Both the position numbers and the translations under genes were made by a program. The notes under the pieces are model-generated. The model did no database searches. It was given only the letters and a program-made list of their open reading frames with translations, and had not been told where the DNA came from. Shown here one piece after another: positions 15,800 to 23,955 of a stretch of DNA of 32,358 bases; the first letter of the stretch is position 1, and each line of letters starts with the position of its first letter. The stretch is from contig DASWGW010000032.1 in NCBI GenBank assembly GCA_036393435.1, positions 1-32,358 of the forward strand, given 5' to 3'. This DNA comes from Candidatus Limnocylindria bacterium (GTDB taxonomy: Bacteria > Chloroflexota > Limnocylindria > QHBO01).

Positions 15800-16603
15800 A
15801 TGACCCCATCGGGTCATAGCGGGGGGGACCGCGCCGGCACGACAATCGTGGTCCGAGCCAGCGAAAGGGTCCCCTTGTCCATCTCGTTTCTCCGTCGCAA
15901 GAAGCATGAGCCAGAGCCGCCGCCTCCACCTCCGGTGGAGGACGTCGAGGCGCGCGAGTACTCGGAGCGCATCACCCTGATGGGCCGCAGCAGCGATGCC
16001 CTTCGGCTGCCCGCCGGGCCGGCCGTCGTCGCGTCGCTGCCGAGCATCGTCGAGTCGATCGCGCCCGGTCGCGTCGACATCATCGAGCCGCTGCCCCTGG
16101 ACCTTGCCAACGCGAGCCCCGCCATGGAGCGCTTCACCGAGCTCCAGCAATGGGTCGTCGCGCGCCGGGACCTCGGCCCGGTGGGGCGCCACGGGCTGTG
16201 GGTGCTCGAGCTCATCGACGCGCTCGACATGACGGTGGACACCTTCTACTGCGCACTGCTCCACGGCGAGACGGACACGAGCGGGTATCCCGAGTACCAG
16301 GCGATCGTGGGCGGGCTCGCCTCTCACTGGGACGAGCTCTCCGGCGAGCTCATTGTCCGCGCCGTGGTTGGCTGGGGCGGCCTCGGTCTGCGCGGCGACA
16401 CCGATCGCATCGGCCAGAGGATCCTGAGCACGGTCCACGCACAGCTCATCGCGTCCGGGTACGTGCTCGGGCCGGCGGAGGCGCGACTGCCCCTGGTGGG
16501 CGAGCGCACCGGCCTGAACTGCATGCACTGCGGCTTCCAGGCGGGTGCCGAGGGCGCCATGTACTGCCCGCGGTGCGGCATGCGGATGAGCCGGAGCTCC
16601 TGA
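15800..16603 (+). CDS. hypothetical protein with C-terminal zinc-ribbon (CMHCG...CPRCG)
   Basis: First ATG after the valS stop in ORF 14861..16603. An in-frame TTG at 15875 with GAAAGGG upstream is an alternative start. Poly-Pro tract (EPEPPPPPPVE), a ~190-aa unassigned domain, then CxxC-N13-CxxC at the C-terminus. Confidence 0.6.
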   Translation: MTPSGHSGGDRAGTTIVVRASERVPLSISFLRRKKHEPEPPPPPPVEDVEAREYSERITLMGRSSDALRLPAGPAVVASLPSIVESIAPGRVDIIEPLPLDLANASPAMERFTELQQWVVARRDLGPVGRHGLWVLELIDALDMTVDTFYCALLHGETDTSGYPEYQAIVGGLASHWDELSGELIVRAVVGWGGLGLRGDTDRIGQRILSTVHAQLIASGYVLGPAEARLPLVGERTGLNCMHCGFQAGAEGAMYCPRCGMRMSRSS

Positions 16604-16721
16604 CCCGGGCCAGTACCATCGGCGTAGTCCTCTCGCGCCCCAGTCCCATTGCCCGGTGGTGCGGTCAGTCCGAGACTGGTGCTGTCCGTGCCGGACGACC
16701 GTCCCACCCGAAGGAATGGCA

Positions 16722-17921
16722 ATGAAGCGACCCGTGATCCTCCTCGCCCTGGGCGGCGAGAGTGCGGCGTATGCCGACGCACTGCAGCGCGCCGGCTTCG
16801 ATCCGGTCGACCCGGATGCGCTCGAGGTGACCGGCCGGAACGCGGACCTGGGCGTGATCGACTGCGACATGGACCCCGCCACGGTCAAGTACCTGTACGA
16901 CGTCATGCACGTCGACCCGGCCATTCCGACGCTCCTCCTCCTCAGCGAAACCTCCCATCTCGGCCCGGGCATCGGCGGTGTCGGCGACGAGGTGGCGCTG
17001 AAGCCGCTGCTGCCCGAGGCGCTGGTCTACCGGCTCCAGGCCCTTCTCATCCGCACCGGGCGCAGCCTGCCGACGGAGTCCGGCACATGGGCCGATGACG
17101 GCGCGCTGTCGTCGGCGGCGATCGCGGGCGAGGGCCGCGTCGTGAGCGTCTTCGCCCCAAAGGGAGGCGTCGGCAAGACGACCCTGGCCATCAACATGGC
17201 CATCGCGCTCCGGCAGCAGACGCGCGCCGAGGTGCTCCTCTTCGACGCCGACGTCGGCGTCGGGAACGTCACGTCCGCGCTCGACGTTCCCCCACGGCTG
17301 GGCCTCGCGGACCTCTCCGACAGCCCGCCCAGCGACTGGACCGACAGCGCGTTCGACCAGGCGGTCAGCACCCACGCCGAGACGGGCCTGCGCGTCCTGA
17401 GCTGGGGGACCGGTCCCAGCCAGTCCATCTCCGCCGAGCTGCTCCTGTCAGCGCTGCGCTGGGCTCGCGGCCACCACTCCTACGTCATCGTCGACAACCA
17501 TCCCGGCTATGACGAGCGCACGATGGCCATGCTGGCGGTGGCGAACGAGATCTTCCTGGTCGTCACGCCCGAGGTCGGCTCCATCCGCAACAGCTCGCAG
17601 TTTTTGGAGCTGGCGCGAGAGATCGGCCTGGCCGGCATCGTCCGGGTCGTCGTGAACCGGGCCAACCACGGCATCAGGCTGGATGACCTCGCCGCCTCGC
17701 TCGGCATGCCGGTCGCCGCCACGGTGATCAGCAATGGTCCGAAGGCCGTGATGGCCGCGAACCAGGGCCGTCCGCTGATCACCATGTTCCCGCGCGAGAA
17801 GATCTCCGACGACATGCATCGCGTCGCGCGGCTCGTCTCCCAGCCGGAGGACGCCACGGAGATGGAACCGGCACCCCGCGGCTGGTGGGAGCGACTCCGC
17901 ACCGGCCCCTCACAGGCCTGA
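16722..17921 (+). CDS. pseudo-receiver domain fused to a ParA/MinD-family P-loop ATPase (CpaE/TadZ-like architecture)
   Basis: ATG 16722 has AAGGA 6 nt upstream; ATG 16716 is an alternative. The N-terminal ~120 aa are receiver-like. They keep the Asp (DLGVIDCDM), Ser (LLLLSE) and Lys-Pro (ALKPL) positions but lack the acidic DD pair (LALGGE). The ATPase part has deviant Walker A KGGVGKTT, A' LLFDADVGVGN and Walker B YVIVDN. Confidence 0.82.
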   Translation: MKRPVILLALGGESAAYADALQRAGFDPVDPDALEVTGRNADLGVIDCDMDPATVKYLYDVMHVDPAIPTLLLLSETSHLGPGIGGVGDEVALKPLLPEALVYRLQALLIRTGRSLPTESGTWADDGALSSAAIAGEGRVVSVFAPKGGVGKTTLAINMAIALRQQTRAEVLLFDADVGVGNVTSALDVPPRLGLADLSDSPPSDWTDSAFDQAVSTHAETGLRVLSWGTGPSQSISAELLLSALRWARGHHSYVIVDNHPGYDERTMAMLAVANEIFLVVTPEVGSIRNSSQFLELAREIGLAGIVRVVVNRANHGIRLDDLAASLGMPVAATVISNGPKAVMAANQGRPLITMFPREKISDDMHRVARLVSQPEDATEMEPAPRGWWERLRTGPSQA

Positions 17922-17983
17922 CCCGGACGCGGCGCGCGCCCCGGGAACCCGCGCCCTGAGAGCGTCTGCCATCATTCGCGCCC

Positions 17984-18352
17984 GTGCCGACCTATGACTA
18001 CCAGTGCCGCACGTGCGGCACCATCACCGAAGTGATCCACTCGATGCTCGAGAGCGGGCCGACGACCTGCGAGCGGTGCGGCGGCGAGCTGCGGCGCATG
18101 CTCTACCCCACCGGCATCATCTTCAAGGGCTCAGGCTTCTACCGGACCGACTCTCGCAAGGCCGCCCCGGCATCGGCCTCGTCCGGTGACGCCTCCACGG
18201 GCGGATCGGGCGGATCGGGCGGATCGGGCGGATCGTCGGGGGCTGAGTCCGGCTCCTCGGGCGATGGCAAGGCCGCGCCGGCGGCGAGCGATGGTGGCGC
18301 GGCGGCCGGCGGGTCCGGTGGGAAGACCAAGGCGGCCGGCGACGACTCCTAG
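17984..18352 (+). CDS. FmdB-family zinc-ribbon protein with Gly/Ser/Ala-rich tail
   Basis: GTG start. MPTYDYQCRTCG...CERCGG matches the CxxC-N~16-CxxC FmdB/'putative regulatory protein' signature. The tail is low-complexity (GGSGGSGGSGGS...). Confidence 0.85.
   Translation: MPTYDYQCRTCGTITEVIHSMLESGPTTCERCGGELRRMLYPTGIIFKGSGFYRTDSRKAAPASASSGDASTGGSGGSGGSGGSSGAESGSSGDGKAAPAASDGGAAAGGSGGKTKAAGDDS
18199..18234 (+). repeat. perfect 4 x 9-nt tandem repeat (GGGCGGATC) inside the FmdB-like gene
   Basis: Four identical consecutive 9-mers encode the (GGS) repeat of the linker. Confidence 0.9.
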
Positions 18353-19599
18353 GCCGACTTCGCCTGGGGCGCCCCACAGCGCCGGCAGAATCGAGCGCTC
18401 GCCGAGAGCGCGAGCCCGCACCCTCCGCAGCTCTGCACGGTGACGCCGGCCTCACCGACCTCGCGGGCCGATGCCTCCCACAGGAGCTTGCCCTCGCGGA
18501 TCGCGGCCGCTGTTGCCTCGCGGTTCGACATCGCTGCACCCCGGGACCGATACGCCAGCACCTGCGACGCGTCGGGCTCCGCCGCGGCGGCCACGCTCGT
18601 CTCGTCGAGGCCGAGCTCCTCGAGCTGCGCCCGGCGAGCGGCGATCTCGTCGCTGTCGGCCTCGGCAGCCACGCGACGCCGCCTTGGACGGACCGGTGCC
18701 CGGGCCGGCAGGCGGACGACCCTGTCGCGCATCGGCCCGCTGCGCCGTGGCGTCGGTCGTGCCGGAGGGGCGGCCGGCTTCTCGGGCTCGGGCTCGGGCT
18801 CTGCGGCGACGGGCGGCTCGGGCTCCGGTACGGCCGCAGCGGCGACTGGCTCCGGCTCAACGGGCGCGGCGGCGGGCGGCGGCTCGAACTCGGCGACCGG
18901 CTCGGCTGCCGCCTCGACCCTCTCGGCCTCCGCGCGGGCATCCTCGTCCCAGGCGACAACCCGCAGCGGAGGTCGCGCGATCGCCGGCTCGGGCTCGGCC
19001 TCGGCGGCGACAGGCTCGGGCTCCGGCGCGATCTCGGGCTCCAGGTCCGCGGCGAAGCGCTCGTCGTCGGTGAGTTCAACGGGCTGCTCGCCGAATGTCG
19101 GCTCGGGCGGCACGACCGCCAGGTCGTAGCTCGGCTCGACCTCGGCCACGGAGGCGGCGTAGACCTCGCTGTCCGCTTGCGGCCAGCTCTCGGCGGGCAG
19201 TGGCTCCGCGGTCGGATGCTGGAAGACCGGCACCACGGCCGCCCCGTCCAGCGCCGCGGCGATGCGATCGGCCAGGTCGTCCACGCCCGGCACCGGGGCG
19301 CAGCTGCGGCACCTCCCTGCAGCCGCGTTCCAGCAGTCGTTGCAGGTGTACTGGCGGCAGCCGATGCAGAGGTGTACGGACGCGTGGAACGCGTCGAGCT
19401 GCGCGGCGGCGATGACCGACTCCTGGGCCTGCATTCCCTCGCGCATGGCCTCCGACAGGGCCTCGTCTCCCACGAGGTAATTGCGAAGGCCGCCGATGAA
19501 CCCGCGTGTCTTGCGGATCGGGCCCAGGCTGGTGGGCGCGCGGAACTCGTGGCGCGTGCCACAGCGCTCGCAGAAGGATGCCGTCAGTGTCTCGGCCAT
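18349..19599 (-). CDS. hypothetical multi-zinc-ribbon protein with long Pro/Glu/Ala-rich spacer
   Basis: ATG 19599 (MAETLTASFCERCGTRHEF). N-terminal CxxC plus the cluster CIGC..C..C....CRSC. A ~230-aa (E/A)P-rich low-complexity region. C-terminal CGGCG...CRRCG ribbon. Transcribed divergently from fhaA. Confidence 0.65.
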   Translation of the reverse strand: MAETLTASFCERCGTRHEFRAPTSLGPIRKTRGFIGGLRNYLVGDEALSEAMREGMQAQESVIAAAQLDAFHASVHLCIGCRQYTCNDCWNAAAGRCRSCAPVPGVDDLADRIAAALDGAAVVPVFQHPTAEPLPAESWPQADSEVYAASVAEVEPSYDLAVVPPEPTFGEQPVELTDDERFAADLEPEIAPEPEPVAAEAEPEPAIARPPLRVVAWDEDARAEAERVEAAAEPVAEFEPPPAAAPVEPEPVAAAAVPEPEPPVAAEPEPEPEKPAAPPARPTPRRSGPMRDRVVRLPARAPVRPRRRRVAAEADSDEIAARRAQLEELGLDETSVAAAAEPDASQVLAYRSRGAAMSNREATAAAIREGKLLWEASAREVGEAGVTVQSCGGCGLALSASARFCRRCGAPQAKSA

Positions 19600-19719
19600 G
19601 AGCTCGTCTCTCGGGATGGATCGCGGGTGTCGAACCGAACTCTGAGCATAGGCGCCGGGCCACGCGACTACATCGGCGCATTGGTACCGCGAATGCGGAC
19701 CTTCGTACCCCGCGTGCGC

Positions 19720-19725
19720 TAGCAT
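19720..19725 (+). promoter_or_regulatory. putative -10 box (TAGCAT) for fhaA, leaderless configuration
   Basis: TAGCAT ends 8 nt before ATG 19734, with no SD in between. Confidence 0.35.
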
Positions 19726-19733
19726 CGGCCGCC

Positions 19734-20489
19734 ATGGGGATCCTCTCGCGCGTCGAGTCCTTCCTCGAGCGCTTCCTCGAGGCCCCGGCGGGCAGGCTCG
19801 GCGCGTCGATTCAACCGGTCAGCCTCGCGAAGCGCATCGAGCGCGCGATGGACACCAGCAAGACGTTCCGCGACGGCGGAGTCATCGTGCCGAACCAGTT
19901 CGAGCTGCACCTGCACCCGCGGGACTACGCGGCCTTCGCGTCCTATCGCGGCTCACTCGAGGACGACCTTGCGCACGGGGTGATGGCGCGGGCGCGCCGC
20001 GAGCGCTACACGCTCGTCGCCCGGCCCCAGGTCCGGATCCTGGCGGATGACGAGACGCGGCGGGGGGAGATACGCGTGGCCGCGAATGTCGTCGACGAGC
20101 GCGGGCACCGCACACGCGAGGCCGAGCCGATGCCCACGAGCTCGGACACCATGGTCTTCGACCGGCCGGCGCCCGGAGCGTCGCCCGACTCGGCGACGCG
20201 CGCGTACCTGCTGGTCAGCACGCGAGGCAGCCGCCCGGTCCAGTTCGACCTCGGCGGCCACCTGATCGGCATCGGCCGGGCGAGCGACAACGACGTCATC
20301 GTCGACGATCCGATGGTCAGCCGCCACCACTGCCAGCTCAAGCTGCAGCATGGCGCGTACAGCTTCACCGACCTCGGCAGCCGCAACGGGTCGATGATCA
20401 ACGGTCAGCCGGTCAGCCAGATCGCGCTCGGCCCGGGGGACATCATCCAGATCGGCGACACCGAGGTCGAGTTCCAGGTGCGCACGTGA
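19734..20489 (+). CDS. fhaA: FhaA-like protein (DUF3662 N-terminal domain plus C-terminal FHA domain)
   Basis: N-terminus MGILSRVESFLERFLE...PVSLAKRIERAMD...VPNQFELHLHP is typical of DUF3662. C-terminal FHA signature GIGRASDNDVIVDDPMVSRHHCQL...DLGSRNGSMINGQ. Confidence 0.88.
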   Translation: MGILSRVESFLERFLEAPAGRLGASIQPVSLAKRIERAMDTSKTFRDGGVIVPNQFELHLHPRDYAAFASYRGSLEDDLAHGVMARARRERYTLVARPQVRILADDETRRGEIRVAANVVDERGHRTREAEPMPTSSDTMVFDRPAPGASPDSATRAYLLVSTRGSRPVQFDLGGHLIGIGRASDNDVIVDDPMVSRHHCQLKLQHGAYSFTDLGSRNGSMINGQPVSQIALGPGDIIQIGDTEVEFQVRT

Positions 20490-20929
20490 CCGGCGACATC
20501 CTGCGGCTGCTCCTCCTCGTCCTGCAGCTCGGCTTCGTGGCACTCCTGTACGTGATCCTGATGCGGTTCGCCGGGACCCTGCTGCGCGACCTGCGCAGCG
20601 CGGAGCAGGTGCAGCTCGCGTCACGGTCGGGGATCGGTCGCCTCTCGGTCCTGGAGTCGCCGGAGGACGAGCCGCCCGCCGGGACGACGATCGCGCTCGG
20701 CCCCATCAACTCAATCGGCCGAAACGTGAACAACACGATCTACGTGGAGGACGACTTCGTCAGCACGAACCACGCGATGCTCACCTTCCGCGGCCGCAGC
20801 TGGTTCGTGGAGGACCAGGGCAGCACGAACGGCACGTACGTCAACGGCCATCGGATCGACCGCCCGGTCGCCCTGAGCTTCGGCGACGAGCTGATGGTCG
20901 GCCGCGTCCGGATGCGGCTGGACCGATAG
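20486..20929 (+). CDS. fhaB: FhaB/FipA-like membrane-anchored FHA domain protein
   Basis: GTG start overlaps the fhaA stop (GTGA). N-terminal TM helix (ILRLLLLVLQLGFVALLYVIL). FHA signature SIGRNVNNTIYVEDDFVSTNHAML...DQGSTNGTYVNG. Confidence 0.85.
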   Translation: MTGDILRLLLLVLQLGFVALLYVILMRFAGTLLRDLRSAEQVQLASRSGIGRLSVLESPEDEPPAGTTIALGPINSIGRNVNNTIYVEDDFVSTNHAMLTFRGRSWFVEDQGSTNGTYVNGHRIDRPVALSFGDELMVGRVRMRLDR

Positions 20930-20940
20930 CCTCCGGGCCG

Positions 20941-22281
20941 ATGCGCATCACCTGGCGCGCGGTCGAGCTGCGGCTGCTCGTGCCGGTCCTGATCGCGGTG
21001 CCTCTGGGCTTCGCGATCACGAACATCGCCCTGACGAACACGCTCGACCCGGGCCGCCTCCAGCTGGCCCTGGGGTTCGTGGGCCTGTTCGTCGCCGCGC
21101 ACGTCGCCCTGGTGGCATTTGGCCATCGCGGCGACCAGCTCATCCTCCCGGCGGTCGGGGCGATGGGCGGCATCGGTCTCATCATGCTCAACCGGCTTCC
21201 GCAGGACCTCGCCGGGACCGACGCCCTGGGGTTCCAGCTCGGCATGGCCGAGACCCAGCTCCTGTGGTTCGGCGTCGGGCTGGTGCTGATGGTCGGCGTG
21301 GCGGTCGGCCTCCGCGACGACGGGGTGCTGCGCCACTACAAGTACTCGTGGGCGGCGATCGGCATCCTGCTCCTGGCCGCAACCCTGTTGCTCGGCTACG
21401 AGGTGAACGGGGCGCGGCTGTGGATCGACCTCGGCCCGGTGAGCGTCCAGCCCGGCGAGCCGCTGAAGATCGTGCTCGTCATCTTCATCGCCGCCTATCT
21501 CGCCGAGACCCGCACGCTGCTCACCAGCGCGAGCGTTCGCATCGGTCCCGTCCACCTGCCGCCGCTGCCGTACTTCCTGCCGATGCTCGTGCTGTTCGGC
21601 GCGGTGATGCTCATCGTGGTGCGCCTCAACGACCTCGGCACGGCCCTCCTCTTCTTCGGGACCTTCCTGACCATGCTGTTCGTGGCGACCGGACGGCGCA
21701 GCTACGTGCTCATCGGCCTGCTCCTGTTCGTCGCCGGCGCATACGTCGCCTATCGGCTGTTCGGTCACGTGCAGGTTCGCGTCGACGTCTGGCTCGATCC
21801 CTTCGCCGACCCGCTCGGGGCCGGCTTCCAGCCGGTCAGGGCGCTCTATGCCCTCGGCCGCGGCGGGCTCTTCGGCGAAGGCCTGGGCCAGGGGCTGGTC
21901 ACCCTCGGCTCCGGGCTGACCATCCCGTACGTGCACACCGACTTCATCTTCACCGCCATCGCCGAGGAGCTCGGCCTCCTGGGCGCCTTCGCGCTCCTGG
22001 GGTTCGCGGCCGTCCTCGTCTTCCGCGGCCTGCGCACCGCGGCACTGGCGCGTGACGACTTCGGCGCGCTCCTGGCGGTCGGGGTGACCGCCAGCCTCGG
22101 GCTCCAGACCCTGATAATCATCGGCGGCAACACGAAGCTCATCCCGCTCACCGGCATCACGCTGCCCTTCGTCAGCTACGGCGGGTCGAGCGTCGTGGCG
22201 AGCTTCGCGATGATCGGCCTGCTGCTGTCGATCAGCCATCGCAGCGCGACCGGGGCGGACACGGGCCCGACCCACCCTTGA
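20941..22281 (+). CDS. rodA: SEDS-family peptidoglycan glycosyltransferase (FtsW/RodA/SpoVE); RodA-like by context
   Basis: Multi-pass membrane protein with the SEDS motifs VQPGEPLKIVLVIFIAAYL, HTDFIFTAIAEELGLLG and LPFVSYGGSS. It lies between fhaB and a class-B PBP, as in the actinobacterial rodA-pbpA arrangement. Confidence 0.88.
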   Translation: MRITWRAVELRLLVPVLIAVPLGFAITNIALTNTLDPGRLQLALGFVGLFVAAHVALVAFGHRGDQLILPAVGAMGGIGLIMLNRLPQDLAGTDALGFQLGMAETQLLWFGVGLVLMVGVAVGLRDDGVLRHYKYSWAAIGILLLAATLLLGYEVNGARLWIDLGPVSVQPGEPLKIVLVIFIAAYLAETRTLLTSASVRIGPVHLPPLPYFLPMLVLFGAVMLIVVRLNDLGTALLFFGTFLTMLFVATGRRSYVLIGLLLFVAGAYVAYRLFGHVQVRVDVWLDPFADPLGAGFQPVRALYALGRGGLFGEGLGQGLVTLGSGLTIPYVHTDFIFTAIAEELGLLGAFALLGFAAVLVFRGLRTAALARDDFGALLAVGVTASLGLQTLIIIGGNTKLIPLTGITLPFVSYGGSSVVASFAMIGLLLSISHRSATGADTGPTHP

Positions 22282-23822
22282 TCGCCACCAACGTCCGGCG
22301 CCTCGGGCTCTACCTCATCGTGGCGTTCGCGGTCGTTTCCGCATCCATGGTCTGGTGGCAGGTGGTCGAGGCGCCGCAGCTGGCGACGCGCGCGGACAAC
22401 CCGGAGGTGCTGCAGGCCCGCCGGACGCTGCTGCGCGGCACGATCTTCGACGCCAGCGGCCAGGTGCTCGCCTCCTCGGCGCTCGTCGACGGGCTCTCGA
22501 TCCGGACGTACACCGATACGGCCTTCACGCACGTCATCGGCTACGCCAGCCATCGCTTCGGCGCGACCGGCATCGAGCGCGCCTTCGAGGATCTCCTGGT
22601 CGGCCAGACCGATCCGAATCCCCTGCGCGACTTCATCCGCGACGTGCTCGACCGTCAGCCGCAGCCGCGTGACCTGACGCTGACCATCGACCGGCGCCTC
22701 CAGGACTTCGCCGCGGCGCAGCTCGGGCAGAACGCGGGGGCGATCGTGGCGATCGATCCGATCTCGGGCGCCGTCCTGGCCATGGTGTCCTCGCCGACGT
22801 TCGACGCCACGCCCATCTCCGGCGACCCGGAGCAAGCCCAGGGACCGATGGACGCCCTGCGCGGCGACCCGGCCGAACCCCTCCTGTCACGGGCCCGGCA
22901 GGGGCAGTACGTGCCGGGATCGATCCTCAAGGTCCTCACCACCGCCGCGGCGCTCGATGCCGCGGTCATCACGCCGCAGACGACGTTCGAGGATCAGCCG
23001 CAGCAGGAGGTAGACGGCTTCCCGGTTGAGGGGTTCGTGATCCGCGAGCACGACATCGGGGACATCCAGCCGGCGCTGTGGGCGCTCTCGGAGGCCCTCC
23101 AGGTGTCGAGCAACATCTACTTTGCCCACGTCGGCCTCGAGATCGGCGGCGAGACGTTCCTGCAGTACGCCCGTCGCTTCGGCTTCTGCGAGCCGCTCGA
23201 GATCGGCCCGCTCAACCGCGCGCTGGGCGTGTCGCCGAGCTATCTCACGACCCCCCAGGACGGCGACTGCGCCCCGTTCGCCAGCGACGTCCAGCTGGCC
23301 AGCACCGCCTTCGGCCAGGGCGAGGCGGTCGTGACGCCGGTCCAGATGGCGCTCGTCGCGGCGGCCATCGCCGGTGGGGGCGTCATGCCGCACCCCTTCG
23401 TGGTGAGCGACGTCCGCGCGTACTCGGAGACCGGCCAGCGGAGCGAGACCGTCGTCGACACCTTCGGGTCGGGCGGCGGGACTCGAGTGGTCAGCGCCGA
23501 GGCGGCATCGGCGACCCGCGCCGCCATGGTCGACGCGGTGAACGGCGAGCTCGGCCGCCTCTTCGCCGGGCAGGGCGACATCACGCTGTACGGGATCAGC
23601 GGCGACCGGTCCGCGGGGAAGACGGGAACGGCGCAGCTCGGCGGCGAGCAGGCGCCCCACTCGTGGTTCATCGGCTTCGCGCCCGGGCAGGAGGGGGCAA
23701 CGCCCGAGATCGCAGTCGCGGTCCTCGTCGAGCGCGGCGGCTCGGGCTCCGGGCTGGCCGCGCCGATCGGCGGCCGCGTCATGGCCGAGTGGCTGCGCCT
23801 GAACGAGACACCCGGGAACTGA
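22278..23822 (+). CDS. pbpA: class-B penicillin-binding protein (peptidoglycan D,D-transpeptidase), PbpA-like
   Basis: TTG start overlaps the rodA stop (TTGA). N-terminal TM anchor, SxxK (GSILKV), SxN (SSN) and KTG (KTGTAQ) motifs. Confidence 0.9.
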   Translation: MIATNVRRLGLYLIVAFAVVSASMVWWQVVEAPQLATRADNPEVLQARRTLLRGTIFDASGQVLASSALVDGLSIRTYTDTAFTHVIGYASHRFGATGIERAFEDLLVGQTDPNPLRDFIRDVLDRQPQPRDLTLTIDRRLQDFAAAQLGQNAGAIVAIDPISGAVLAMVSSPTFDATPISGDPEQAQGPMDALRGDPAEPLLSRARQGQYVPGSILKVLTTAAALDAAVITPQTTFEDQPQQEVDGFPVEGFVIREHDIGDIQPALWALSEALQVSSNIYFAHVGLEIGGETFLQYARRFGFCEPLEIGPLNRALGVSPSYLTTPQDGDCAPFASDVQLASTAFGQGEAVVTPVQMALVAAAIAGGGVMPHPFVVSDVRAYSETGQRSETVVDTFGSGGGTRVVSAEAASATRAAMVDAVNGELGRLFAGQGDITLYGISGDRSAGKTGTAQLGGEQAPHSWFIGFAPGQEGATPEIAVAVLVERGGSGSGLAAPIGGRVMAEWLRLNETPGN

Positions 23823-23955
23823 CCGCATCGGTGTGACGTCCCGCGTACCACCCATGCCCGGTGAACCCGCTTCGCGGGCGCTGCGCTATTGTTGAGAACG
23901 ACCCAGCCCGAGCGATGGGCGCCCCACGGGCGCCGACAGGGGAGACGTCCAGGCC

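Noticed and set aside
18780-19060. Short GGCTCG/GGCTCC-type repeats that could be taken for a repeat array
   Set aside because: They are irregular codon-level repeats encoding the Pro/Glu/Ala-rich spacer of the 18349..19599 gene. There is no constant repeat/spacer periodicity, so this is not CRISPR-like.
20740-22275. 511-aa minus-strand ORF
   Set aside because: It is antisense to the SEDS (rodA-like) gene, which carries clear family motifs. The composition is highly charged (Glu/Arg/Asp/His) with no motif.
23835-23955. Small hairpins (CCCGC-TTC-GCGGG and GGCGCCC-CAC-GGGCGCC) between pbpA and moxR, as a possible terminator or riboswitch
   Set aside because: The stems are short, GC-only and lack U tracts, and no known riboswitch core motif was recognised. 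I left them unannotated.
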